Positions 50,668-62,783 of a stretch of DNA of 64,000 nt are shown piece by piece. How positions within the stretch are numbered: the stretch's first letter is position 1; each line of letters starts with the position of its first letter. Made by a program: the position numbers and the translations under genes. The notes beneath the pieces are model-generated. The model worked only from the letters and a program-made list of their open reading frames with translations, made no database searches and was not told the origin of the DNA. This DNA is from Gammaproteobacteria bacterium (GTDB lineage Bacteria > Pseudomonadota > Gammaproteobacteria > 21-64-14): NCBI GenBank assembly GCA_027013145.1, contig JALUXX010000060.1, forward strand, positions 38,499 through 102,498, given 5' to 3'.

Positions 50668-51039
50668 TCAGATCATCAGCAGCGCGGCCACCACGCGCCG
50701 CCCTTCGGCGCTGAGGATATTGAAGGTGCGGCAGGCCGCCGGGGTATCCATGATCTCGATCCCGATCCCGCGGGCGTGGACGGCGGCCAGCACCTGCGGG
50801 TGCGGGAAGCGCTGGCGCGCACCGGTGCCGAGCAGCACGATCTCCGGGTCCAGCGCGAGCAGGGGTTCGACGGCCGGCGCCGCGAGGTCCTCGAAGCGCT
50901 CCGGCGGCCAGTCCGGGATGATACGGTCGGGGCTGAGGATCAGACTGCGGGTGAACACACGGTCGCCGACGGTAATCCGCCCCGGGTCGTAGGCGCGCAC
51001 CCGATGAGTCCCGTCGCCGGTCTCGAGACTGAGCTGCAT
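50668..51039 (-). CDS. Mth938-like (DUF498) protein
   Basis: EIVLLGTG and MDTPAACRTFNILSAEGRRV motifs. Confidence 0.9.
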   Translation of the reverse strand: MQLSLETGDGTHRVRAYDPGRITVGDRVFTRSLILSPDRIIPDWPPERFEDLAAPAVEPLLALDPEIVLLGTGARQRFPHPQVLAAVHARGIGIEIMDTPAACRTFNILSAEGRRVVAALLMI

Positions 51040-51101
51040 CCGTTCCCTTCCCTCCGCGCCGGATAGTATAACGCCGGTGTCGGCCGTCGCCGGCGGGCGC
51101 A

Positions 51102-51130
51102 TTGACACGGACCGCGGCGTCTCTTACATT
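51102..51130 (+). promoter_or_regulatory. Sigma70 promoter for alaC-hom-thrC
   Basis: TTGACA-N17-TACATT followed by an AT-rich stretch. Confidence 0.65.
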
Positions 51131-51262
51131 CCCATTTTATTAACAGTCGGTTAGGTCGAACTCCCGGCGGCGGCCGCGGGGGCGTGATCGGGCCGGCGAC
51201 GCGCGGTGTGCGTGACGGGACCCTCCCGGCGGGAGGGCGGAACCTCGGCCCGGACCAATGCC

Positions 51263-52471
51263 TTGCAGGACGACTTCCCCAGGATCAAGCGTCTTCCACC
51301 CTACGTCTTCAACATCGTCAACGAGCTGAAGGCGCAGGCGCGCGCGCGCGGCGAGGACATCGTCGATTTCGGCATGGGCAACCCCGACCGGCCCACGCCG
51401 CGACATATCGTCGAGAAGCTCGTCGAGGTGGCCCGGCGCGAGGATACCCACCGTTACTCGCTCTCGCGCGGCATCCCGCGCCTGCGCCGCGCCATCTGCA
51501 ACTGGTACCGCACCCGCTACGGGGTCGACCTCGACCCCGAGACCGAGGCGATCGTCACCATCGGCTCGAAGGAGGGGCTGGCGCACCTGGCCCTGGCCAC
51601 CGTGGGGCCCGGCGATGCGGTGCTGGTGCCCAACCCGGCCTATCCGATCCATCCCTACGGCTTCGTCATCGCCGGGGCGGACATCCGCCACGTGCCGCTG
51701 GTTCCGGGCGTGGACTTCTTCGCCGAGCTGGAAAAGGCGATCCAGGATTCCTGGCCGCGGCCGAAGATGCTGGTGTTGAACTTCCCCTGCAACCCGACCA
51801 CCCAGTGCGTGGACCTGGAGTTCTTCCGCAAGGTCGTGGCGGTGGCGCGCGAGCACGGGATCTGGGTGATCAACGACCTCGCCTACGCCGATCTGGTCTT
51901 CGACGGCTATACCGCACCGTCCGTCCTGCAGGTGCCGGGGGCGGCGGAGGTGGCGGTGGAGTTCTTCACGCTCTCGAAGAGCTACAATATGCCCGGGTGG
52001 CGCGTGGGCTTCATGTGCGGCAACCGGGAACTGGTGGCGGCGCTCGCGCGCATGAAGTCCTATCTCGACTACGGGATGTTCACCCCCATCCAGGTGGCGG
52101 CGATCGCCGCCCTCGAGGGACCGCAGGAGTGCGTGCGCGAGATCGCCGAGACCTACCGGCGCCGGCGCGACGTGCTCTGCGACGGCCTCAACGCCGCCGG
52201 CTGGGCCGTCGAGCCGCCGCAGGCCACCATGTTCGTGTGGGCGCCGATCCCGGAGCGTTACCGGGCGCTGGGCTCGCTCGAGTTCTCCAAGAAACTCCTT
52301 GCCGAGGCCAAGGTCGCGGTCTCGCCGGGGATCGGCTTCGGCAGCTATGGGGACGACCACGTGCGCTTCGGACTGATCGAAAACGAACACCGGACCCGCC
52401 AGGCGGTGCGCTGCATCCGCGACATGTTCCGCGCCGACGGGCGGCGCGCCGCGGCCGGGGGCGGGGCGTGA
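51263..52471 (+). CDS. alaC: PLP-dependent alanine transaminase (class I/II)
   Basis: [29 protein letters not shown] and [14 protein letters not shown] motifs; TTG start inferred. Confidence 0.92.
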   Translation: MQDDFPRIKRLPPYVFNIVNELKAQARARGEDIVDFGMGNPDRPTPRHIVEKLVEVARREDTHRYSLSRGIPRLRRAICNWYRTRYGVDLDPETEAIVTIGSKEGLAHLALATVGPGDAVLVPNPAYPIHPYGFVIAGADIRHVPLVPGVDFFAELEKAIQDSWPRPKMLVLNFPCNPTTQCVDLEFFRKVVAVAREHGIWVINDLAYADLVFDGYTAPSVLQVPGAAEVAVEFFTLSKSYNMPGWRVGFMCGNRELVAALARMKSYLDYGMFTPIQVAAIAALEGPQECVREIAETYRRRRDVLCDGLNAAGWAVEPPQATMFVWAPIPERYRALGSLEFSKKLLAEAKVAVSPGIGFGSYGDDHVRFGLIENEHRTRQAVRCIRDMFRADGRRAAAGGGA

Positions 52472-53781
52472 AGCCGGTCAACGTCGGTCTCCTGGGACTG
52501 GGGACGGTGGGCGGGGGCACGGTGAATGTGCTGCAGCGCAACGCCCACGAGATCACCCGCCGCGCCGGGCGCGGGATCCGCGTGAGCTGCGCGGCGGCGC
52601 GCGACCTCAACCGCCCGCGTCATTGCAACACGGAGGGGATCCGGCTCAGCGTCGATCCGTACTCCGTAGTCGACGATCCCGAGGTGCAGATCGTCGTCGA
52701 GCTGATCGGCGGCGTGGAGCTGGCGCGCGAGCTGATCCTGCGGGCGATCGCCAACGGCCGTCACGTGGTGACCGCCAACAAGGCGCTCATCGCACTCCAC
52801 GGCAACGAGCTGTTCGCCGCGGCGCGCGAGCGCGGTGTCATGGTCGCCTTCGAGGCGGCGGTCGCCGGCGGCATCCCGATCATCAAGGCCGTGCGCGAGG
52901 GGCTCGCGGGCAACCGCATCGAGTGGCTGGCCGGGATCATCAACGGCACCTGCAACTACGTCCTCACCGCGATGCGCGACGAGGGCCGTGAGTTCGACGA
53001 GGTCCTGGCTGACGCTCAGCGCCTCGGCTACGCCGAGGCCGATCCGGCCTTCGACGTCGACGGCATCGACGCCGCGCACAAGCTCACCATCCTCGCCTCC
53101 ATCGCCTTCGGCATCCCGCTGCAGTTCGAGCGCCTGCATGTGGAGGGGATCCGTCACATCGCCCGCACCGATGTCGTCTACGCGGAGGAACTCGGCTACC
53201 GGATCAAGCACCTGGGCTTCGCGCGCACCACGACGCAGGGAATCGAGCTGCGCGTGCACCCGACGCTGATCCCGTACCGCCGGCTGATCGCCAACGTCGA
53301 CGGGGTCATGAACGCGATCCTGGTCAAGGGCGATGCCGTCGGCCCGACGCTCTACTACGGCGCCGGGGCCGGCGCCGAGCCGACCGCATCGGCGGTGGTG
53401 GCCGATCTGGTCGATGTCGTGCGCGCGCTCACCTCGGACCCCGAGAACCGCGTGCCGCACCTCGCCTTCCAGCCCGACGCCTTGGCCGATACGCCGATCC
53501 TGCCCATGGAGGCGGTGGAGACGGCGTATTATCTGCGCCTGCAGGCGCTCGATCGGCCCGGTGTGCTCGCGGACGTGACCCGCATCCTGGGCGAGCGCGG
53601 GATCAGCATCGAGGCCATGGTGCAGAAGGAGCCGGTCGAGGGACAGGACGACGTCCCGGTGATCCTGCTCACCCAGCGCGTGCGCGAAGGGCAGATGAAC
53701 GACGCCATCCAGCACATCGAGCGCCTCGACTCGGTCACCGCCCCGGTGACCCGCATCCGGGTGGAGGGGCTCGGGCGCTGA
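52468..53781 (+). CDS. hom: Homoserine dehydrogenase with ACT domain
   Basis: [32 protein letters not shown] and DRPGVLA motifs; GTGA overlap with alaC. Confidence 0.96.
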   Translation: MKPVNVGLLGLGTVGGGTVNVLQRNAHEITRRAGRGIRVSCAAARDLNRPRHCNTEGIRLSVDPYSVVDDPEVQIVVELIGGVELARELILRAIANGRHVVTANKALIALHGNELFAAARERGVMVAFEAAVAGGIPIIKAVREGLAGNRIEWLAGIINGTCNYVLTAMRDEGREFDEVLADAQRLGYAEADPAFDVDGIDAAHKLTILASIAFGIPLQFERLHVEGIRHIARTDVVYAEELGYRIKHLGFARTTTQGIELRVHPTLIPYRRLIANVDGVMNAILVKGDAVGPTLYYGAGAGAEPTASAVVADLVDVVRALTSDPENRVPHLAFQPDALADTPILPMEAVETAYYLRLQALDRPGVLADVTRILGERGISIEAMVQKEPVEGQDDVPVILLTQRVREGQMNDAIQHIERLDSVTAPVTRIRVEGLGR

Positions 53782-53857
53782 GGCCCGTCGCCCGCGTGAC
53801 CGTCACAATCCGGCGGCGCCGGCGGGGCCGGCGCAGCGCCGCGGAGGAGTGCATACG

Positions 53858-54937
53858 ATGCCGTTTCGTCCCCGCTACACCGGGCTGATCGACAAGTACC
53901 GCGACCGTCTCCCGGTGCGCGACGACACCCGCGTCATCAGCCTCGGCGAGGGCAACACGCCGCTGATCCGCCTCAATCACGTCCCCGGAGACATCGGTTG
54001 CGCGATCGACCTCTACGTCAAGTACGAGGGGCTCAATCCGACCGGTTCCTTCAAGGACCGGGGGATGACGATGGCGGTGACCAAGGCGGTCGAGGAGGGC
54101 AGCCGCGCGGTGATCTGCGCGAGCACCGGCAACACCTCGGCCTCGGCCGCCGCCTACGCCGCGCGCGCCGGCATCCGCGCCTTCGTCCTCATTCCCGAGG
54201 GCAAGATCGCGCTCGGCAAACTGGCGCAGGCGATGATGCACGGGGCGGTGGTGCTGCAGATCCGGGGCAACTTCGACGCCGGGATGCGCCTGGTCAAGGA
54301 GGTCGCCGCCGAGGCCCCGGTGACCATCGTCAATTCGATCAACCCGTTCCGTCTCCAGGGGCAGAAGACCGCCGCCTTCGAGATCATCGAGGAGCTGGAG
54401 TGCGCGCCGGACTACCACTGCCTGCCGGTGGGCAACGCCGGCAACATCAGCGCGCACTGGCTCGGCTATCGCGAGTACTACGAGCACGGTATCGTCAACA
54501 GCCGGCCGGTGATGGTCGGCTATCAGGCGAGCGGCGCCGCGCCGTTCCTGCGCGGGGCGATGGTCGACCATCCGGAGACCGTCGCCACCGCCATCCGCAT
54601 CGGACACCCGCAGTCCTGGGACAAGGCCTGGACGGCGCAGAAGGAGTCCGGCGGCTGGTTCGACGAATGCAGCGACGAGGAGATCCTCGCCGCCCAGCGC
54701 CTGCTCGCCGGGCGCGAGGGGATCTTCTGCGAACCGGCTTCCGCCACCTCGGTGGCCGGCGCGCTGCGCGACGCCCGCGCCGGGCGCATCCCGGCCGGGA
54801 GCAAGGTCGTGTGCACGCTCACGGGCCACGGGCTCAAGGACCCGGACATCGCGATCGCCCAGTGCGGCGATCGCGTGACGACCGTCCCGGCGGAACTCGA
54901 GGCGGTGCGCGGCGCCATCCTCGACCGGCTGGAGTAG
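53858..54937 (+). CDS. thrC: Threonine synthase
   Basis: EGLNPTGSFKDRG, CASTGNTS, PVGNAGN and TGHGLKDP motifs. Confidence 0.95.
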   Translation: MPFRPRYTGLIDKYRDRLPVRDDTRVISLGEGNTPLIRLNHVPGDIGCAIDLYVKYEGLNPTGSFKDRGMTMAVTKAVEEGSRAVICASTGNTSASAAAYAARAGIRAFVLIPEGKIALGKLAQAMMHGAVVLQIRGNFDAGMRLVKEVAAEAPVTIVNSINPFRLQGQKTAAFEIIEELECAPDYHCLPVGNAGNISAHWLGYREYYEHGIVNSRPVMVGYQASGAAPFLRGAMVDHPETVATAIRIGHPQSWDKAWTAQKESGGWFDECSDEEILAAQRLLAGREGIFCEPASATSVAGALRDARAGRIPAGSKVVCTLTGHGLKDPDIAIAQCGDRVTTVPAELEAVRGAILDRLE

Positions 54938-54944
54938 AGGTGCG

Positions 54945-56060
54945 ATGTTCCGGCGGCGCACGCGCGGCGCCGGGACCGGGGCCGGCGCCCCGGTGACCGT
55001 GCTGTTCGTGCCGGGTCTCGCCCGGGGGCCGGCCGCGCTCGGGGACGACCTCTCTCCGCCGGGTCCGGGCGCGGTCCGGGCTTCGACTCCGACGCTGCCC
55101 GCGCTCGGTACCCTATTGGCGGCCGCGACGCCGGTCGCGGTCCCGGTCGCGGGTGAGACGGCGACGCTGCTGCACCTGTTCGGGCTCCCGGACGCCGTGG
55201 CGGGCGCCGCGGCCGGTGCCGCCTACTGCCGGATGGGGGAGGACACGCCTCCCGAATCGGGCTCCCGGGGTTGGTGGCTGCGCGCGGATCCGGTCCACCT
55301 CGAGGCCGACCGCGACGCCCTCGTCCTGCGCCCCGGGGTGGTGCCGACGGCGGCGGAGGCGGGGGCGATGGCGGACGGTCTGAACCGCGAGTTGTTCGGC
55401 CCGGCGGGGATGGCGCTGGAGGTCTGCGCGCCCGGGCGCTGGTACCTGAGCCTGTCCGGCGACCCTCGGATCCGCACGGTGCCGCCGGGCGAGCCGGAGG
55501 CCGCCGCCGCGGCACCGGGCCTGCCGCAGGGGCCGGGGGCCCGGTGCTGGCGCCGGTTGCTCAACGAGGCGCAGATGCTGCTGCATGCGGACCCCGCCAA
55601 TGCGACGCGGGTGCGCAACGGGCTGCCGCCCGTCAACAGCCTGTGGTTTTGGGGGGCGGGGACCGCCGCGGCGCTCCCAGAGCGCAGGGGGCGGGTCTTC
55701 GGTGGCGGTGCGTTGGGGCGGGGCCTTGCCCGCTGCGCCGGGGTGCCTCACCATCCGTCGGTCGCGGCGGCGGCGCACGACGCGCTCGCCACCGACCCGG
55801 GGGAATGGTATCTCATCGTATGCGGCGCGTTGCGGGCGGCATGGGAACGCGGCGACCGGCAGGCGCAGGCCGCGGCACTCGATGCGCTGGAACGGGACTG
55901 GTTCGTGCCGCTGTGCACGCGCCTGCGTGCGGAGCGGGGCCTGCAGGTCCGGTTGTACACGGGCGACGGGCGGGCCTGGGTCCTGGGGCGACCGGGGCGC
56001 TGGCTCCGGGAGGCGGCACGGCGGCGCGCATTGGATGAATTCTTCCTAATTAACCAATGA
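54945..56060 (+). CDS. Phosphoglycerate-mutase-like protein (conserved gene upstream of recJ)
   Basis: LRADPVHL and WRRLLNEAQMLLH...N..R...GLPPVNSLWFWG motifs. Confidence 0.8.
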   Translation: MFRRRTRGAGTGAGAPVTVLFVPGLARGPAALGDDLSPPGPGAVRASTPTLPALGTLLAAATPVAVPVAGETATLLHLFGLPDAVAGAAAGAAYCRMGEDTPPESGSRGWWLRADPVHLEADRDALVLRPGVVPTAAEAGAMADGLNRELFGPAGMALEVCAPGRWYLSLSGDPRIRTVPPGEPEAAAAAPGLPQGPGARCWRRLLNEAQMLLHADPANATRVRNGLPPVNSLWFWGAGTAAALPERRGRVFGGGALGRGLARCAGVPHHPSVAAAAHDALATDPGEWYLIVCGALRAAWERGDRQAQAAALDALERDWFVPLCTRLRAERGLQVRLYTGDGRAWVLGRPGRWLREAARRRALDEFFLINQ

Positions 56061-56105
56061 ATACGTAAAACTGATAATGTTGTACTTAAGAATCTGGGTG
56101 GTCTG

Positions 56106-57836
56106 ATGGCGGGTGCAGGTCCGCGGATCGTGCGGCGCGCATCCGGGCGCGGCGACGCGTTGCCGGACGACCTGCACCCGGTGTTGCGGCGTGTCTATGC
56201 CGCACGCGGCCTGCGCGGCCCCGAGGAACTGAGCCTCTCGCTCGACCGGCTGCTCGCGCCGGAGGCCGTGTACGGAATGGAGGCGGGCGCAGAGCTGCTC
56301 GCCGGGGCCGTGCAGTCGGGCGCCCGCATCCTGCTGGTCGGCGACTTCGACGCCGACGGCGCCACGAGCTGTGCGGTCGGCGTCCTGGGGCTCCGCGCCC
56401 TGGGCGCCGAGACGGTGCATTACCTGGTTCCGAATCGTTTCGAGTACGGGTACGGCTTGAGCCCGGAACTGGTCACGGTCGCCGCCGATTGGCGGCCGGA
56501 CCTGCTGGTGACGGTCGACAACGGCACGGCCAGCCGCGCCGGGGTTCTCGAGGCGCAGCGACGGGGGATCCGGGTGCTGGTGACCGACCATCACCTGCCC
56601 GCGCCCGAATTGCCGCCGGCGGATGCGATCGTCAATCCCAATCTGGTGGAAGGATCGGCCGCGCGCAACCTCGCGGGCGTGGGGGTGATCTTCTACGTCC
56701 TGCTCGCGGTGCGCGCACGCCTGCGCGCGGCGGGCTGGTTCCGGCGCCGCGGCATCGAGCCCCCCAAGCTCGCGGCGTTGCTCGACCTGGTGGCGCTCGG
56801 GACCGTCGCGGATCTCGTCCCGCTCGACTACAACAACCGCATCCTCGTCGCCCAGGGGCTGGCCCGGATCCGTGCGGGGCGCTGCCGCCCGGGGCTGGCG
56901 GCCCTGCTGGATATCGCGGGGCGCCGCCGCCGCGCCGCGGTGGCCGCCGATCTCGCCTTCGCCGCCGCGCCGCGGCTCAACGCCGCCGGGAGACTGGAGG
57001 ACATGGCGCTCGGCATCGAGTGCCTGCTCGCCGCCGATACGGATGCGGCACAGGCGATGGCCGCGCGCCTGGACGCGTTCAACCGCGAGCGCCGCGCGAT
57101 CGAGCACGAGATGCACGCGCAGGCCCTGGAGACGCTCGAGAGCCTGCCGCGCGAGGGACCGGAGGAGGAAGGCCTGCCTGCCGGCCTGTGCCTGTTCGAT
57201 CCGCGCTGGCACCAGGGGGTGATCGGCATCCTCGCCGCGCGCATCCGCGAGCGGTTCCACCGCCCGGTCATCGCGCTGGCGCCGGCGGGGGACCTGCTCA
57301 AGGGGTCGGCGCGCTCGGTGCCCGGCCTCCATATCCGCGACACGCTCGAGGCGGTGGCGGCGCGCAACCCGGGGATCATCGAACGCTTCGGGGGCCACGC
57401 GATGGCCGCGGGACTCACTCTCGCGCCGGATCGGCTCGCGGCGCTGCAGGCGGCGTTCGCCGCCGAGGTCGACCGGCGCCTGGCACCGGAGGATCGCGGC
57501 GGGACCCTGCTTACCGACGGCGCGCTGGCGGCCGCGGAACTCGACCTCGGGACGGCGCAGGCGCTGCGCGAGGCCGGTCCCTGGGGGCAGGGCTTCCCGG
57601 AGCCGCGCTTCGACGGCGAGTTCGAAGTCCTCGACCAGCGGGTGGTCGGTGAGGCGCACCTCAAGCTCACCGTCCGGCCGCTGGACGGCGCGCGCTGCGT
57701 CGACGCCATCGCGTTCCGCACCCCCGCCCCGGAGCGGGCGCTGTGCCGCGTGCGCCTGGCCTATCGGCTGGACGTCAACGAGTACCGCGGAAGCCGCAGC
57801 GCGCAGCTCCTCGTCGAGCGCATCGAGGCGCTGTAG
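56106..57836 (+). CDS. recJ: ssDNA exonuclease RecJ
   Basis: [31 protein letters not shown] and GGHAMAAG motifs. Confidence 0.97.
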   Translation: MAGAGPRIVRRASGRGDALPDDLHPVLRRVYAARGLRGPEELSLSLDRLLAPEAVYGMEAGAELLAGAVQSGARILLVGDFDADGATSCAVGVLGLRALGAETVHYLVPNRFEYGYGLSPELVTVAADWRPDLLVTVDNGTASRAGVLEAQRRGIRVLVTDHHLPAPELPPADAIVNPNLVEGSAARNLAGVGVIFYVLLAVRARLRAAGWFRRRGIEPPKLAALLDLVALGTVADLVPLDYNNRILVAQGLARIRAGRCRPGLAALLDIAGRRRRAAVAADLAFAAAPRLNAAGRLEDMALGIECLLAADTDAAQAMAARLDAFNRERRAIEHEMHAQALETLESLPREGPEEEGLPAGLCLFDPRWHQGVIGILAARIRERFHRPVIALAPAGDLLKGSARSVPGLHIRDTLEAVAARNPGIIERFGGHAMAAGLTLAPDRLAALQAAFAAEVDRRLAPEDRGGTLLTDGALAAAELDLGTAQALREAGPWGQGFPEPRFDGEFEVLDQRVVGEAHLKLTVRPLDGARCVDAIAFRTPAPERALCRVRLAYRLDVNEYRGSRSAQLLVERIEAL

Positions 57837-57918
57837 GCGCGGCGGACGAGTGGTGTATCATGGCGCGCCGGACGCCGGCCGGGCCGCGGCCGCGCGCGGC
57901 CTGGAGATCGCATCCGCC

Positions 57919-59017
57919 ATGCTGGAAGTCAATCCCGTACTGCATCACGTCGAAGACCTGGAAGGACGCCTCGACGTCCTTAGGGGGTATCTTTGACTAC
58001 GATGCGCGGCGCGAGCGCCTGGCGGAGGTCCGGCGCGAACTCGAGCAACCCGAGGTCTGGCAGGACCCGGAACGCGCGCAGGCCCTCGGTCGCGAGCGCG
58101 CGCGCCTCGAAGAGGAGGTCGGCGTCATCGACGAGGTGGGCGCCGGGCTGCGCGAGGCCCGCGAGCTGCTCGAACTGGCGGCCGCCGAGGACGACGGCGA
58201 GACCTTGGAGGCGGTGACGCGCGACCTGGAGCGCGCCGAGGAGCGTGTGGCGGCCCTGGAGTTCCGCCGCATGTTCTCCGGCGAGATGGACGCCAAAAAC
58301 GCCTTCCTCGACATCCAGTCGGGTTCCGGCGGCACCGAGGCGCAGGACTGGGCCGAGATGCTGCTGCGCATGTACCTGCGCTGGGCCGAGCGGCGCGGTT
58401 TCACTACCGAGCTGATCGAGGTCTCGCCGGGCGAGGTCGCGGGCATCAAGAGCGCGACGGTCAAGGTCGAGGGGGCCTATGCCTACGGCTGGCTGCGCAC
58501 CGAGACCGGTGTGCACCGCTTGGTGCGTAAGTCGCCGTTCGATTCGGGCAACCGCCGGCATACCTCGTTCGCGGCGGTGTTCGTCTCGCCCGAGGTGGAC
58601 GACGACCTCGAGGTCGAGATCAACCCGGCCGATCTGCGCATCGACGTCTATCGTGCCAGCGGTGCGGGCGGCCAGCATGTCAACCGCACCGAATCGGCGG
58701 TGCGCATCACCCATCACCCGACCGGGATCGTGGTACAGTGCCAGAACGATCGCTCGCAGCACAAGAACAAGGCGACGGCCATGAAACAGCTCAAGGCCAA
58801 GCTCTACGAGCTGGAGATGCAGAAGCGCCGTGCCGCGCAACAGGCGGTGGAGGACAGCAAGGCCGACATCGGCTGGGGCAGCCAGATCCGCTCCTACGTG
58901 CTCGACCAGTCGCGGATCAAGGACCTGCGCACCGGGGTCGAGACGGGCAATCCGCAGGCGGTGCTCGACGGCGACCTCGACGCCTTCATCGAGGCCAGCC
59001 TGAAGGCGGGGGTATAG
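57919..59017 (+). CDS. prfB: Peptide chain release factor 2, with programmed +1 frameshift
   Basis: 25-codon ORF ends AGGGGG TAT CTT TGA C (57982-57997); the +1 frame continues DYD... with SPF and GGQ motifs. Confidence 0.97.
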
Positions 59018-59051
59018 CGCCCGCGCGCGGCCGGCGGCGGGACGGGGCGTG

Positions 59052-60536
59052 ATGGACGAGAGCGACGACAACCGGCTGATCGCCGAACGGCGGGCGAAGC
59101 TCGCGGCGCTGCGCGCGCGCGGCCCCGCCTTCCCCAACGACTTCCGCCGCGACGCCCTCGCCGCCGACCTGCATCGGGTGTTCGGTGCGATGGACGCCGA
59201 CCGTCTCGAGGTCGAGGCGCCGCGCGTTCAGGTGGCCGGGCGCATGATGGCCAAGCGCGTCATGGGCAAGGCGAGCTTTCTGCACCTGCAGGACATGAGC
59301 GGGCGGATTCAGGCCTTCCTGCAACGCGACGCATTGCCCGAGGGCGTCTACGCCGATTTCAAGACCTGGGACGTGGGTGACATCGTCGGCGTCGAGGGGC
59401 GGCTGTTCCGCACCCGTACCGGGGAGCTGACGGTGCGTGCCGAACGGGCGCGGCTGCTGGTCAAGGCACTGCGTCCGCTGCCGGAGAAATTCCACGGCCT
59501 GACCGATCAGGAGCTGCGCTACCGGCGGCGCTACGTCGACCTGGTCATGAACGAGTCGACGCGCCGTATCTTCCGCCTGCGCAGCGAGATCGTGCGCTTC
59601 CTGCGCCATTTCCTGGATCGGCGCGGTTTCATCGAGGTCGAGACGCCGATGATGCAGGCGGTGCCCGGGGGGGCGACGGCGCGGCCCTTCGTGACCCACC
59701 ACAACGCCCTGGACATGGATCTCTATCTGCGCATCGCCCCCGAGCTGTATCTCAAGCGGCTGGTGGTCGGCGGCCTCGAGAGGGTCTACGAACTCAACCG
59801 CAACTTCCGCAACGAAGGCGTGTCGACGCGGCACAATCCCGAGTTCACGATGCTGGAGTTCTATCAGGCCTACGCCGGCTACGAGGACCTGATGGACCTG
59901 ACCGAGACCTTGCTGCGCGATATGGCCGTCGCCCTGCTCGGGAGCGCCGTGGTGCGTTATCAGGGCCGCGAGTACGACCTCGGCCGCCCGTTCCGGCGCC
60001 TGACGGTGCGGGCGGCGTTGCGGGAGTTCAATCCGGAACTGGCCGGCGCCGCGGTCGACGATGCGCAGGCCCTGCGCGGTCTGTGCGCCCGCCACGGGCT
60101 CCCCATCGACCCCCGTCACGGCGTCGGGCGCATGCAGATGGAATTGTTCGAGAAGACGGTGGAGCCGAATCTCGACGATCCGACCTTCATCACCGCCTAT
60201 CCGACCGAGGTCTCGCCCCTGGCGCGGCGCAACGACGCCGATCCCACGGTCACGGACCGCTTCGAACTCATCGTGGGCGGGCGCGAGATCGCCAACGGCT
60301 TTTCGGAGTTGAACGATCCCGAGGACCAGGCCGAGCGCTTCCGCCTGCAGGCGCAGGAGAAGGCCGCGGGCGACGAGGAGGCGATGCACTACGACGCGGA
60401 CTACATTCGGGCGCTGGAATACGGGTTGCCGCCGACGGCGGGCGAGGGCATCGGTGTCGACCGGCTGGTGATGCTGTTCGCCGACGCACCCTCGATCCGC
60501 GACGTGTTGTTGTTTCCCCATATGCGCCCGGAGTGA
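59052..60536 (+). CDS. lysS: Lysine-tRNA ligase
   Basis: [24 protein letters not shown] and [16 protein letters not shown] motifs. Confidence 0.97.
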   Translation: MDESDDNRLIAERRAKLAALRARGPAFPNDFRRDALAADLHRVFGAMDADRLEVEAPRVQVAGRMMAKRVMGKASFLHLQDMSGRIQAFLQRDALPEGVYADFKTWDVGDIVGVEGRLFRTRTGELTVRAERARLLVKALRPLPEKFHGLTDQELRYRRRYVDLVMNESTRRIFRLRSEIVRFLRHFLDRRGFIEVETPMMQAVPGGATARPFVTHHNALDMDLYLRIAPELYLKRLVVGGLERVYELNRNFRNEGVSTRHNPEFTMLEFYQAYAGYEDLMDLTETLLRDMAVALLGSAVVRYQGREYDLGRPFRRLTVRAALREFNPELAGAAVDDAQALRGLCARHGLPIDPRHGVGRMQMELFEKTVEPNLDDPTFITAYPTEVSPLARRNDADPTVTDRFELIVGGREIANGFSELNDPEDQAERFRLQAQEKAAGDEEAMHYDADYIRALEYGLPPTAGEGIGVDRLVMLFADAPSIRDVLLFPHMRPE

Positions 60537-60619
60537 CCCGGCGGTAGGCGGGCGGCAAGCGGGAGGTGAGCGGGCGGTGGACCGGCGTTCGACCGCGCGG
60601 GAGGCGCCGGGGGGCGGGC

Positions 60620-61459
60620 TCAGGCCTCCAGCAGGCGCTGGACCTCTTCGATCTCCTCGCTGCCCTCGGTGATCTCCACGACGCTCACGTCGGTATCGAT
60701 GCCGAGACGGCGGAAAGCCGGGACGGTGGACCAGTCGACCTGGGAGTGGGGATGGGTGCCGCCGAGATAGCTCTGCAGGTTCGCGACCAGGACGACGTCG
60801 ACGAGGTCCGGCGGCCCGTCGGGGTCGCGCTGCAGGTCCTCGTGCTCGGCGGCGACCGCGACCAGGCTCGGGGGAAACCCCCAGGAGGTGAGGATGTGCG
60901 CGCCGATGCGCGGGTGGTGCTCGGCCACGAGCCGGTCGAGGGTGATCATGTCGCCCAGCAGACGCGGGTCGTCCTCGGCGCGGGTGAGGATCGGCAGCGC
61001 GCCGACGTCGTGCAACAGGCCCGCGAGCATCGCCTGATCCGGCGAGAGGCCAGGGACGCGGGCGGCGAGCACGCGCGCGATGGCCGCGACCTGGACGTTG
61101 TGCTCCCAGAGGGCGCGCAGACGCCGGTCGAGGAAGTCCGTCGTCGCCTGGAACATCTGCTTCATGACCAGGCTGGTGACGAGGTTGCGCACCAGGGCGT
61201 TGCCGAGACGCGAGACCGCCATCGGCAGGCTGTCGATCGGTTTCGAGGCACGGTAGAGCGGCGAGTTCACGACCTGGATCAGGCGCGCGGAGAGCGCGGC
61301 GTCGGTGGCGATGAGGTCGGCGGTCTGACGCGCATTGGTCTTGCCGTTCTCCACTGCGTCGCGGACCCGTAGCGCAACCTCCGGGAGCGTCGGCAGTTCG
61401 AAGCGGTTCTGCTCCAGGTCGGCGACGAGCGAGGAGAGGAAGGATTCCGGGGATGTCAA
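60620..61459 (-). CDS. HDOD-domain protein
   Basis: LPTLPEVA, D.ALSARLIQVVNSP and AGLLHDVG motifs. Confidence 0.9.
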   Translation of the reverse strand: MTSPESFLSSLVADLEQNRFELPTLPEVALRVRDAVENGKTNARQTADLIATDAALSARLIQVVNSPLYRASKPIDSLPMAVSRLGNALVRNLVTSLVMKQMFQATTDFLDRRLRALWEHNVQVAAIARVLAARVPGLSPDQAMLAGLLHDVGALPILTRAEDDPRLLGDMITLDRLVAEHHPRIGAHILTSWGFPPSLVAVAAEHEDLQRDPDGPPDLVDVVLVANLQSYLGGTHPHSQVDWSTVPAFRRLGIDTDVSVVEITEGSEEIEEVQRLLEA

Positions 61460-61546
61460 GCGTTGGTCCTCACGTGCCGGGCGATCTCTGCCTCACCGTA
61501 GCGGCCGGCGCCGCGGATTTTTGAGGGCGGCACCTGAATCGCCCGC

Positions 61547-62608
61547 TCAGGGCGCAGCGGGTCCACCGGCTTCCTCCTCGAGGGGGTAGGGCAGGGGGCG
61601 GGCGAGCAGCAGCGGCCCCGCGGCGTCCCAGAGGCGGACTTCGCCCGCGGCGCTCGCGATCTGCACGACGGCGAGGAGGAGATATCCGCCGTCCGGGGCC
61701 GGCGCCGCGTCGACCACGGCCCCCACGTCGGTCCCGGCGCCGGTATCGGGTGCGAACAGGGGGTCGCCCGGGCGCGGCTCGCGTGCGGCGGCCGCGTGGG
61801 CGAGGATCATGTGGCGCTTGAGCTTGCCCAGATACTGCATCCGGGCGACCACCTCCTGGCCCGGATAGCAGCCCTTGCGGAAGCTCACGCCGTCGACGCG
61901 ATGCAGGTTGGCCATCTGCGGCACGAAGCGCCCGGCGGTCTCGGGATGGACGACGGGCAGCCCGGCCTGGATCTCGAGCAGGCGCCACACCGCGGCTCCC
62001 ACCGGGGCGGCGTGCACGTTCAGGGAATCCCAGATCCCGCGCATTGCCGCGGGCGGCGCGTAGATCTCGAAGCGGGGGTGCACCCCGGGGACCCCCACGA
62101 TCGTCGCTTCACGGCTCTGCAGCACCCGGCCGGCGCCGGACGGCGCGGCGCCTGCCGCCGCCGCCACGAGTTCCTCCGCCCGCGGGCCGCTGACCCCGAC
62201 GCGCGCGAGCTCCGCGTCCACCTCCAGGCTCACGCGCGAGCGCAACACGAAGCGGCGCAGACGATCCACGACGGACTCGGTCAGTGCGCCCGGCAGGCGC
62301 AGCCGGTACTCGTCGCCGCGCCGGAACAGGCGCAGAACGGCCAGCATCCGACCCTTCGGGTCGCAGTAGGCGGCAAGACGCGAGTCCCCGGGGCCCAGTC
62401 CCGCCACGTCGTTGGTCAACTGGGCGTGCAGGAAGGCGCCGGCGTCCTCGCCCCGGGCCGCGATGAGGCCGTAGTGGGAGAGGTCGCAGAACACGTTGCC
62501 GGTGACCGCCATACGGCGTTCCCGCTCGGGGTTGCCGAAGTCGGCCACCGTGCCGTCGTCGAACTCCGCCCCCGCGTCGCGGAGAAAGTCGCGCCAATCC
62601 GCATCCAT
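61547..62608 (-). CDS. ygfZ: Folate-binding Fe-S repair protein YgfZ
   Basis: FLHAQLTND and VSFRKGCYPGQEVVAR motifs. Confidence 0.94.
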   Translation of the reverse strand: MDADWRDFLRDAGAEFDDGTVADFGNPERERRMAVTGNVFCDLSHYGLIAARGEDAGAFLHAQLTNDVAGLGPGDSRLAAYCDPKGRMLAVLRLFRRGDEYRLRLPGALTESVVDRLRRFVLRSRVSLEVDAELARVGVSGPRAEELVAAAAGAAPSGAGRVLQSREATIVGVPGVHPRFEIYAPPAAMRGIWDSLNVHAAPVGAAVWRLLEIQAGLPVVHPETAGRFVPQMANLHRVDGVSFRKGCYPGQEVVARMQYLGKLKRHMILAHAAAAREPRPGDPLFAPDTGAGTDVGAVVDAAPAPDGGYLLLAVVQIASAAGEVRLWDAAGPLLLARPLPYPLEEEAGGPAAP

Positions 62609-62783
62609 CGACCGGGTCGCCTCCAGGTCCGTCGCCGACGCTCCAGTCTACCGCGCGCGGGGTACGACGCAAGGAGCGCGTGTCCGCCCCGTTCTGGACA
62701 GACCGACATGGCAAGGCTTACTGTATCGACAGGCCGCGGTGCCGACCCGAACGGGCGGCCCGTTGCGGAGAGGGACCAGACGC

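Noticed and set aside
51184-53781. 865-aa ORF suggesting an N-terminally extended or fused homoserine dehydrogenase
   Set aside because: The first half is an Arg/Gly-rich shadow frame of alaC; hom starts at the GTGA overlap at 52468.
57919-57996. prfB pseudogene (in-frame stop)
   Set aside because: The stop is the canonical CTT TGA programmed frameshift site.
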